IMG/VR virus record: IMGVR_UViG_3300045988_030449
Coordinates: 1-37,347 of that record
Strand: one strand, 5' to 3'
Origin: a virus
Length of the DNA stretch: 37,347 nucleotides
The notes beneath the pieces were generated by a model. That model was not told the DNA's origin, did not search any database, and saw nothing but the letters and a program-made list of their open reading frames with translations. Below are positions 17,409 to 24,227 of the stretch, in pieces (the stretch's first letter is position 1; each line of letters starts with the position of its first letter). The position numbers and the translations under genes are program-made.

Positions 17409-18097
17409 TACTTCTCGTCCTCCTTGTGATCCTTTTTAAAGTTCTTAATCGAGCTAACCTTTGCGCGCACTTTCGGGTCGGTTACATTGACCGTCAAACC
17501 GCCTTTGATCGCTTCGCCGTTAGACGTGTAGTCCATTTGCGTTTTAATGCCCCGTAGCGCACGAACGTAGTTGGCGTCGAACTGTCCCACCGTCGCACCT
17601 TGATCGAGGTCCTGCGCGATCGCTTCGCGTATCCTATCGATCACCTCTATAAAGTCCGCGCATACCGTTAGGTCGAACTCCTTAAGGTTCTCGGCGTAGG
17701 TGGTGCGGCGGTTACGCAAATAGTTGACGCTCGCCCCTAGGAACATGCAGAACTCGCCTTCCGATTGAAGGTGCTTCTTCGGCACTTCGTAGAGCGTCCC
17801 GGCCATGTTACCGGACTTTACCGCCTCCTGTGTTATAACGGGTGTAGCCTCGCACCACGCCGAGTAAATCGCGTAGGCTTCCCACAGTTCCTCCGGCTCC
17901 TGCCAAACAGGCGTTTGACCGAAGTGCGCCGTAGCCAGCTGGTAGCACTTGGTGTAGTTGAACGAATCAGCCAAATACTTGGTGGTCGCGTATGTGGGAG
18001 ACACTTTCAAGTGGGCGTAATCCGGCCTAACCTTCTCGACTTTCGGCAGCTGTACCGCTTCCTTCGTTTCTATAATTTCCTTCTTCTTTGTAGCCAT
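17408..18097 (-). CDS. terS: Terminase small subunit (229 aa from MATKKKE)
   Basis: The central segment GEFCMFLGASVNYLRNRRTTYAENLKEF...VIDRIREAIAQDL matches the Terminase_2-type HTH pattern. It lies directly upstream of TerL. In-frame ATGs also occur at 18151 and 18172, but a TAttTTTG -7 box lies inside that extension. Confidence 0.7.
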   Translation of the reverse strand: MATKKKEIIETKEAVQLPKVEKVRPDYAHLKVSPTYATTKYLADSFNYTKCYQLATAHFGQTPVWQEPEELWEAYAIYSAWCEATPVITQEAVKSGNMAGTLYEVPKKHLQSEGEFCMFLGASVNYLRNRRTTYAENLKEFDLTVCADFIEVIDRIREAIAQDLDQGATVGQFDANYVRALRGIKTQMDYTSNGEAIKGGLTVNVTDPKVRAKVSSIKNFKKDHKEDEK

Positions 18098-18119
18098 ATA
18101 ATTTTTATTTACAACTCTA

Positions 18120-18127
18120 CAAAAATA
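18120..18127 (-). promoter_or_regulatory. Candidate late-promoter -7 box (TAttTTTG) upstream of terS
   Basis: On the minus strand TATTTTTG lies 23 nt upstream of the ATG at 18097. There is no well-spaced -33 TTTG, so factor dependence is possible. Confidence 0.35.
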
Positions 18128-18350
18128 CGTTTTTTCTGCCCAAATTGCCATCTTTACGCCTACCAAAACCATCGTTTACACCTGAAACCCCGATGAACAG
18201 GGCGTTTCAGCCCGATGTAAATGATGTAAATGATAAAAAGGTAGTTTCCCTATAGAATATATTTAAATATTTCCATAATTTCAATAACATTCAATAACAA
18301 TAGTATAATATAGTTAACTGTATTATTACTTATTAATAGTTACTAACTAG

Positions 18351-18440
18351 TATATATCATTACATCTTTTACATATAGTATATATTATATGATAAAGTAC
18401 TATAAATAAGCGATTTAGGTGTAAAAGATACAAATTTTAA
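18351..18440. repeat. Junction element copy A (conserved core), containing the inverted boxes ATCTTTTACA (18364-18373) and TGTAAAAGAT (18420-18429)
   Basis: By-eye alignment to 35874-35967 gives roughly 85-90 percent identity. Weaker homology extends from ~18216 to 18441, matching 35750-35969. Confidence 0.85.
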
Positions 18441-18640
18441 CCTTTTACATCAAAAACTTGAAAAGTGCGTTCTGCGTCTTGTGGGGCTGGTCAGCCGTAA
18501 AACATGAAATGGCAATGTAAAAGACGTTTTCGCTACTTTTTTGTCGAAAACAGGCTTTTTAGTTAAAATACTGTTAAATTCAAACATTCTCTCTAAAAAG
18601 TTTTCTCTCACAAAGTTTTTTGCGAAGCGCGTTAAATTTT

Positions 18641-18692
18641 TTAACTAAAAAGCGTGTTAACGTTTTTATACGAAAACACGCTTTTTAGTTAA
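18641..18692. repeat. Perfect 18-bp inverted repeat (TTAACTAAAAAGCGTGTT / AACACGCTTTTTAGTTAA, 16-nt spacer) just after the last early gene; terminator or protein-binding site
   Basis: The arms at 18641-18658 and 18675-18692 are exact reverse complements. A third copy, CGAAAACAGGCTTTTTAGTTAAAA, lies at 18545-18568. Confidence 0.7.
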
Positions 18693-18698
18693 ATCCAT

Positions 18699-19238
18699 TT
18701 AACAATCCAAGTTATACATAACCTTCCAATCGTCTAAAATATCTTTACATTTCCAACTCGCGGCCCTTTCAATCGTTTTCCATGTCAGCGTCCTACGCTC
18801 TAAAACGCCTAGCGACCTACTGCCATCGCGGTACATATTAACCCGGTACAACATTGAAACCTCTATCCCGTTACGGTTTAGCTCCGTATCTTTACTCGGG
18901 TAGACCGGGCGTTCTATGTCGTCATTCTCATACGGTCCTACGCGCTTCTTGTCCTTGTCACGGTACAGCATATTCTCTACTGTCGGTATACGTTCGGGGT
19001 CGGCCCTCGTGTTCCTGTCGTCCCGTACCTTACTAGCCGCATATAATATATCCCGAAGGGCCTCACAGAACAACGACGCGTTAACCATGTGAAACGGTTT
19101 GCCCTTCACCTTGAGATACTTCACACCGTTCGCTTCAAGCCAGTTGAATATGAAAAACGCGTGTAAATTATATAACTGTGCCATCTCTTCGATAACTAAA
19201 ACTCGTCTCTGTTGCTTTTTAATATATGGTGTCGGCAT
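18699..19238 (-). CDS. Hypothetical protein with an N-terminal excisionase/MerR-like HTH (179 aa); last gene of the early arm
   Basis: VLVIEEMAQLYNLHAFFIFNWLEANGVKYLKVKGKPF fits the HTH_17 pattern. It is followed by a perfect 18-bp inverted repeat and by the late-promoter gap. Confidence 0.55.
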   Translation of the reverse strand: MPTPYIKKQQRRVLVIEEMAQLYNLHAFFIFNWLEANGVKYLKVKGKPFHMVNASLFCEALRDILYAASKVRDDRNTRADPERIPTVENMLYRDKDKKRVGPYENDDIERPVYPSKDTELNRNGIEVSMLYRVNMYRDGSRSLGVLERRTLTWKTIERAASWKCKDILDDWKVMYNLDC

Positions 19239-19239
19239 A

Positions 19240-19338
19240 CTATAAATTATTTAAGATACATACTAATATACAACCAAGCGCGATCCCCGCCGCTATTGCC
19301 AGGACCATTTGTCCCAGCATTTTCAAACCATTCTTCAT
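19240..19338 (-). CDS. Small hydrophobic peptide (32 aa)
   Basis: It is not in the track. The sequence is MKNGLKMLGQMVLAIAAGIALGCILVCILNNL. The ATG overlaps the upstream stop (ATGA), and its stop lies 1 nt before the next ATG, so it fills an otherwise unexplained 99-nt gap. Confidence 0.4.
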   Translation of the reverse strand: MKNGLKMLGQMVLAIAAGIALGCILVCILNNL

Positions 19339-19643
19339 CATAGCTTCAATGCTTCTTTAAGTTCACCGATCAGGCGCAACGCCTCAATTCTCGACAAGTC
19401 CACCCGGCGTTCCGGCTCGCTCTTCCTGTAAATCGTGATAGTCGTAATCTCTTTGGCCGTACGTGGTACGCGCTCGGCGTAAACCATCACCCGCTCGGCT
19501 TCCGCCCTGTCTATCTTGACGCGCATATTATATTGCGCTTTCTCCGCACGGTACAGTGCGGTCTTAAAACGTCCGGTTCTGATGCCCGCTACTTCTTGTT
19601 CCTTCATCTCTTGTTCTCTGAATAAATGTTCCATACTTTCCAT
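19338..19643 (-). CDS. Hypothetical protein (101 aa), charged/helical
   Basis: ATG ORF with tight packing. Confidence 0.55.
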   Translation of the reverse strand: MESMEHLFREQEMKEQEVAGIRTGRFKTALYRAEKAQYNMRVKIDRAEAERVMVYAERVPRTAKEITTITIYRKSEPERRVDLSRIEALRLIGELKEALKL

Positions 19644-19646
19644 AAC

Positions 19647-19916
19647 TTAAAATATTAAATTGATTAAATACCCTATCACATAGTCCAGCCCCACCACCAG
19701 CATAACGCCGTGCCCGATCACACCGCCAGCCGCGGTTAGATGGAAATCTACGAAGTCAGCCCGACCTCCGTACAAGTGATCCTTTATCTCCATGCCCAAA
19801 CCTACGCCCGTAGTGAACGGAGCGCCGCACACCGCGCCAATCGGGATCGCGAAAAAGAAATGCTTCCAGCGGTTAGACGCTTTCCACCAACCAATAATAC
19901 TTTTTAAAATTTTCAT
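19647..19916 (-). CDS. Small integral membrane protein (89 aa, 2-3 TM)
   Basis: Hydrophobic stretches HFFFAIPIGAVCGAPFTTGVGLG and AAGGVIGHGVMLVVGLDYVIGYLINLIF. Confidence 0.55.
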   Translation of the reverse strand: MKILKSIIGWWKASNRWKHFFFAIPIGAVCGAPFTTGVGLGMEIKDHLYGGRADFVDFHLTAAGGVIGHGVMLVVGLDYVIGYLINLIF

Positions 19917-20116
19917 ACCTTCTTAAATATTATATTACTACTGTCTATTACATCTACACATACCCAGCCCCTAGGACATTCGCACGGCTCGCCGCGCTTG
20001 TTGAATGCGCACCCGGCACATAGCCCGCCTTTCGCTTGCAGCTCTGCTATGTATGTTACGCCTTCGTACTCGGCCTGCTGCCCCGGCTCGAAAAATATAA
20101 GCTTCACTTTTCTCAT
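19913..20116 (-). CDS. Cys4 mini-protein, paralog A (67 aa)
   Basis: The pattern GVTYIAE..(7)..CAGCAF..(7)..CEC..(6)..C..(8)..NIIFK aligns with the 72-aa ORF at 22676-22894. Confidence 0.55.
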   Translation of the reverse strand: MRKVKLIFFEPGQQAEYEGVTYIAELQAKGGLCAGCAFNKRGEPCECPRGWVCVDVIDSSNIIFKKV

Positions 20117-20325
20117 TTTACCAATTTTACGTTTACTTCCATTTTCCAGGCAAACGGAACCGCACCTATATTATAACCATACTTTGCACACGCTTCTTCC
20201 GTCAAGGGGAAGAATATCGATAACTTGTTTGGCAATACCGGATCATACACATAACTTCTTAGTTTCCTATTCTGTCCGCGATACACGTATTGTACACCGT
20301 CTGCCAGTTCTACAATATCACCCAC
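20113..20325 (-). CDS. Hypothetical protein (70 aa, GTG start)
   Basis: Only a GTG start is available. The ORF is packed between the C5 MTase gene and the Cys4 gene. Confidence 0.4.
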   Translation of the reverse strand: MGDIVELADGVQYVYRGQNRKLRSYVYDPVLPNKLSIFFPLTEEACAKYGYNIGAVPFAWKMEVNVKLVK

Positions 20326-20341
20326 TTTGTAACTTACTTTT

Positions 20342-21322
20342 TCATACGAATAAATTTTTTAATATATGTTCAATAACTCTAACCGTCCAACCGTTTCCGC
20401 ACATCCGGTATATCTGTGTGTCCGACACTACCCACCCGTACCAACTCGGTACGGTCTGCAAGCGCGCGCACTCCAAGGGCGTTAACCGTCTCAATGATAT
20501 GCCACTCTGCAAGGCCTCCGTGATACCGATGGATTTTCCGTCCCTTCCCCTGTCAGCTGCTATAAGATTATACTCCAAACCTGCCGGACTGACACACAAC
20601 GTGTTTGATTTTCCATCGGGGGAAACCACCGTAGCTCTGAAACCTCTTCTTTTCTCGGAGTTAATCTTAGCGCGGTTAACCATGCCTTCAAGGGCCTTAT
20701 CTGATACATAATATTTTCCATCTACGCTGTCCTCGAGAATATCGCGGATGAATATACCTTCGTCTTCCGGCTGCGCGATTTGCGCGATGTTCGTCCAGTA
20801 CAACCGCTTCCGGTTCTGTGCTGATACAAGGTTGCTGTTAATCTTAACGGGTTCAACTCCGATCGCTTTGGTTAGGACCGCTTCCCATTTCTTCGACATA
20901 ACAACATTCTCTAGAAGGAACTTCACGTCCGGGTTGTACTTCCGTACTTCCGTCAGTATCCGCATATATTCCCAAAACAGGTACGACTGCCCGGTAAACT
21001 CGAATCCCGTTATTTTAAGATCGAGATACTGATCCAGGTCGGTTACCTCTATGTTTTCCGTCGTAGCCATCCCCGCCTGTTTCCCGGCAAAGGAAAACGA
21101 TTGGCACGGGCTTCCGCCTATGATCAAATCGATCTTATCCAGCTTCGACACGTCTACCTGTGTAACATCCCCTATATGTATCGTGTCGGGGAACACATGG
21201 TGGGTCTGCTGTATGGCGAACTTGTCCACCTCGGACGCGTAGTATTTATCCGGGAAGCATCCCAGATTGGTAAGGGCTATCTGTCCGCATGATAAGCCAT
21301 CGAATAAACTCAATACATTCAT
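20342..21322 (-). CDS. DNA (cytosine-5) methyltransferase (326 aa)
   Basis: The C5-MTase motifs occur in canonical order: LFDGLSCG (I), GGSPCQSFS (IV), ENV (VI), QNRKR (VIII) and GNGW (X). Confidence 0.93.
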   Translation of the reverse strand: MNVLSLFDGLSCGQIALTNLGCFPDKYYASEVDKFAIQQTHHVFPDTIHIGDVTQVDVSKLDKIDLIIGGSPCQSFSFAGKQAGMATTENIEVTDLDQYLDLKITGFEFTGQSYLFWEYMRILTEVRKYNPDVKFLLENVVMSKKWEAVLTKAIGVEPVKINSNLVSAQNRKRLYWTNIAQIAQPEDEGIFIRDILEDSVDGKYYVSDKALEGMVNRAKINSEKRRGFRATVVSPDGKSNTLCVSPAGLEYNLIAADRGRDGKSIGITEALQSGISLRRLTPLECARLQTVPSWYGWVVSDTQIYRMCGNGWTVRVIEHILKNLFV

Positions 21323-22692
21323 ACTCTATATTTTTTAATTAGTTCCTTAACCATATCCATCAAGCCGTTTTGCATGTCCGCCTTTCCGCTTAGAGCCGCT
21401 ATAACCCGCTCGTCAATTGTACCCCGCGTAATAATGTGATGGACAAACACGCTGTTCTTTTGTCCCTGTCTCCATAACCGCGCATTGAACTGCTGATAAA
21501 GTTCCAGGCTCCAGGTAGTACCGTACCATATTATCCGGTTGCCACCCTTCTGCATGTTGAGGCCATGTCCCGCGCTTGCCGGGTGTGTCACCAGGACGGG
21601 TATCTTTCCCTCGTTCCACCGGCGCACGCTATCCACGCCTTCAAGGGCTTCCGCGCCAAAACTCTTCAGGGCTTCCAGTATGCGCGCCTTCTCGTGTTGG
21701 AAGTTGTAAGCAACCAGTACGGGCGATCCGTTCGCGGCCTCTACCATCTCTACCAACGTCTCTAACTTCTCATCATGCACGGTATGTACCTTCCGGTCTT
21801 CATCGTAGATCGCACCGCCTGCGAACTGTAAGAGCTTGTTTGATAGGGCCGCCGCGCTTAACGCTGTGATTTCTTCTTCCTGTATAATCTGGAGTACTTG
21901 ATCCTCCTCAAACTTATCGTACTGCTTCTTCACCTTCGGCGATAACTCTACGTAGTTGTTGAGGTATGTAAGTTCCGGCATGTCCAGGAAGTCAAGCGCT
22001 TTCATTGATAGAGTTATGTCGGCTATCTTCTCGCCTAATACCGCCTCGGTTGTTGCAAGCGGCTTGTACTCGTACACTATACCGCCGTTCTGCGCTCCGG
22101 GTCTGAAGTAGTTGGCCCGGTAATCGGTGATCGTCTTTCCTAACCGCTGCCCACCATCGACTAAATACATTTGCGCCCATAGGTCAATAAGTCCGTTCGG
22201 CGCGGGCGTTCCTGTCAGACCCACCACCCGGCTAACACTGCGCCGGATAATTTTTGCAGCCTTGAAGCGTTTAGATTGGTGATTCTTGAAGCTGCTTAAC
22301 TCGTCCAGTACCAGCATGTCGTACGGTACTTTAGAACCGCCCCACATTTGCAGAAGCCATACGAGATTGTCCCGGCTCACCGTGTAAACGTCTGCTTCTG
22401 CCCGTGCGGCGATCTCGCGTTGCTTCGCCGTGCCTTTAATGACTGACAAACGTAGATGTGAGATGTGTGTCCAGTTCTCGATCTCGTCGCCCCATGTCAT
22501 TTCCGCGACGCGTTTAGGCGCTACTATCAACACCTTAGTTACCTCGAACTCGTTTATTAGATCGGCTATGGCTGTTAGCGTGCTCACTGTCTTTCCCAGT
22601 CCCATATCAAGGAATAGAGCCGCGTCGGGGTGATCCTTGATGTGCTGGACGGCGGTACGCTGGTAACCGTGTAAGTTAGTCCTCTGTAACAT
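21319..22692 (-). CDS. SNF2-family (SF2) helicase (457 aa)
   Basis: Motifs seen are DMGLGKT (motif I), LVLDELSSFKN (II), LTGTPAPNG (III) and QQFNARLWRQGQ (VI). Confidence 0.88.
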   Translation of the reverse strand: MLQRTNLHGYQRTAVQHIKDHPDAALFLDMGLGKTVSTLTAIADLINEFEVTKVLIVAPKRVAEMTWGDEIENWTHISHLRLSVIKGTAKQREIAARAEADVYTVSRDNLVWLLQMWGGSKVPYDMLVLDELSSFKNHQSKRFKAAKIIRRSVSRVVGLTGTPAPNGLIDLWAQMYLVDGGQRLGKTITDYRANYFRPGAQNGGIVYEYKPLATTEAVLGEKIADITLSMKALDFLDMPELTYLNNYVELSPKVKKQYDKFEEDQVLQIIQEEEITALSAAALSNKLLQFAGGAIYDEDRKVHTVHDEKLETLVEMVEAANGSPVLVAYNFQHEKARILEALKSFGAEALEGVDSVRRWNEGKIPVLVTHPASAGHGLNMQKGGNRIIWYGTTWSLELYQQFNARLWRQGQKNSVFVHHIITRGTIDERVIAALSGKADMQNGLMDMVKELIKKYRV

Positions 22693-22894
22693 TGTTAGCC
22701 ATTAATTTAAATATCACGTTCTTTCCGTCCTCCCTATTATCCGCGTCGCACTGAAGCTCGGGGATATTAACCGCGGTGCACCTCGGGGTATTCATGTCCC
22801 ACCCGACCGTATAAAATATGCAGCCTTTGCACATTACATCCTCCTCTACTTCCACCGCGGCGTATGTACGCCCGTCTACTCTTATTGTTTTCAT
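22676..22894 (-). CDS. Cys4 mini-protein, paralog B (72 aa)
   Basis: GRTYAAVE..CKGCIF..C..C..NVIFK aligns with the ORF at 19913-20116. It overlaps the SNF2 start by 17 nt. Confidence 0.55.
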   Translation of the reverse strand: MKTIRVDGRTYAAVEVEEDVMCKGCIFYTVGWDMNTPRCTAVNIPELQCDADNREDGKNVIFKLMANNVTED

Positions 22895-23370
22895 AACCTT
22901 ATAAATTTTCCTTCCAGTTCATTACATTCTAATATATTCGCGTCATCTTCACCGTACGCGATTAACACGCTACCGCATCCGGGCGTCCCGGCTTCTGTAC
23001 CGTCAGGCCTTAGAAACTTGATTCTGCCTTTCAAGAACTTAACCGCGGTTGCCTTGCCGAACACTTCCGTGTGGAACAGTTCCGTGTCAGTCCTTGAGAA
23101 GATTAGAGCCGTCCCCCGGTTGTGCTCTGCTATCCGGCGCATAAACTTGTTTATCAGCGGACGGGAATAAGGCGGGTTAAGCCACACGCGCCCCTCCCAT
23201 TTTTGCGATAGTCCGTCGTCGAATTCATTATACATCACTTCAGCGGTTTTGAATAGAGGTACGCTCGGTGCGCACGGGTCTAAATCGAATTTGCCTAAAC
23301 TGTCTATAATGAATTTTGGTGTGTACCACTCATCAGAGTACGAAGCCGATTTTTTGAATCCTTCACTCAT
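22891..23370 (-). CDS. Phage Dam-type DNA N6-adenine methyltransferase (159 aa)
   Basis: It has the SDEWYTP N-terminal motif, DLDPCA and the catalytic NPPYS, which is the layout of the small phage N-6-adenine MTase family. Confidence 0.82.
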   Translation of the reverse strand: MSEGFKKSASYSDEWYTPKFIIDSLGKFDLDPCAPSVPLFKTAEVMYNEFDDGLSQKWEGRVWLNPPYSRPLINKFMRRIAEHNRGTALIFSRTDTELFHTEVFGKATAVKFLKGRIKFLRPDGTEAGTPGCGSVLIAYGEDDANILECNELEGKFIRL

Positions 23371-23795
23371 AGCCCTAAATCCTTTTTGTACAACATATCG
23401 TAAATATCATCCAGCGTGTACCGCTCCGGGAAACACTTAAGGACCTCGCCGATTATGTCCAGTATATCGGGGAACTTTGATTTGATCCCTAACAAGTCCT
23501 TCAGGGCTTCCGCCCGGTTAGCGTTAAACACTTCTTCCTTGTAAACCTCGGCCACCGTGTCGGCTCCCTCGAATACTGCGCCCTCGCCTTTATGAAGTTC
23601 CCGGCGTGAGTACTCCCTGCGTAGTATGCTGTCCGGTACTTCTGATATTAAATACTGTTGCAGGTTCTCGGGTAATTGCTTGATAGCGTCCCCAATCGCG
23701 TAGCCCTCTGCGGGCGTGCCGTTTGCCATCTTCGTAACCACATCGCAAAACAGGTTGATGCGGTCTACCTTTAGTTTCTTGTTGAAGTCTACCAT
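23367..23795 (-). CDS. Hypothetical protein (142 aa)
   Basis: ATG ORF with an overlapping stop/start with the Dam-like gene. Confidence 0.55.
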   Translation of the reverse strand: MVDFNKKLKVDRINLFCDVVTKMANGTPAEGYAIGDAIKQLPENLQQYLISEVPDSILRREYSRRELHKGEGAVFEGADTVAEVYKEEVFNANRAEALKDLLGIKSKFPDILDIIGEVLKCFPERYTLDDIYDMLYKKDLGL

Positions 23796-23797
23796 AA

Positions 23798-24223
23798 TTA
23801 AATATCTCCCTCTATTATAATCAGTTCGTCAATCCTAACAGTTACGGCCTTATACCCTTGCCAGTTAACCGCGGCAAATGGTGCGTTGCATGATACCTCT
23901 ACCGTTCCGTCGGCATTGTCAGCCAAGAACCAACAAGAAAAAATGTCCCCGTTATGCTCTACTGCCAGCTCTGAGTTAGGTAGGATCATCAGCAGTTCGT
24001 CGCTTAAATTGTTCTCCGTGAAGTGACGGCCAAAACGTTTGCTACGTTCTGTCATTGCAAGGTGATAGCCATTGTTGTATAAGAACGCGTTTAGTTCCTT
24101 GACAGTGCCTACACTCTTTGACTCCCGGCGGTCCGCGTTCCGCACCTGTGATAATTTTATTCGTCCGTTAGGTAGTTTAGATACTTCCAGGATCTCGCCG
24201 CTATTGTTTTTATATACTTCCAT
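23798..24223 (-). CDS. Hypothetical protein (141 aa)
   Basis: ATG ORF with tight packing. Confidence 0.55.
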   Translation of the reverse strand: MEVYKNNSGEILEVSKLPNGRIKLSQVRNADRRESKSVGTVKELNAFLYNNGYHLAMTERSKRFGRHFTENNLSDELLMILPNSELAVEHNGDIFSCWFLADNADGTVEVSCNAPFAAVNWQGYKAVTVRIDELIIIEGDI

Positions 24224-24227
24224 TATC

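Noticed and set aside
18200-18700. Possible CRISPR array or tRNA/tmRNA in the AT-rich gaps (also 35600-36062)
   Set aside because: Repeats are short boxes in both orientations with irregular spacing, and there are only two long copies genome-wide, so there is no repeat-spacer periodicity. I could not fold any cloverleaf with conserved T-loop or D-loop features. tRNAscan-SE or ARAGORN would be the definitive check.
19998-20711. 237-aa plus-strand ORF spanning three minus-strand genes, including the 3' part of the C5 methyltransferase gene
   Set aside because: It is antisense to genes with clear catalytic motifs and tight coupling. The product is low-complexity (S/P/L/H-rich) and crosses minus-strand gene boundaries, which is typical of a shadow ORF.
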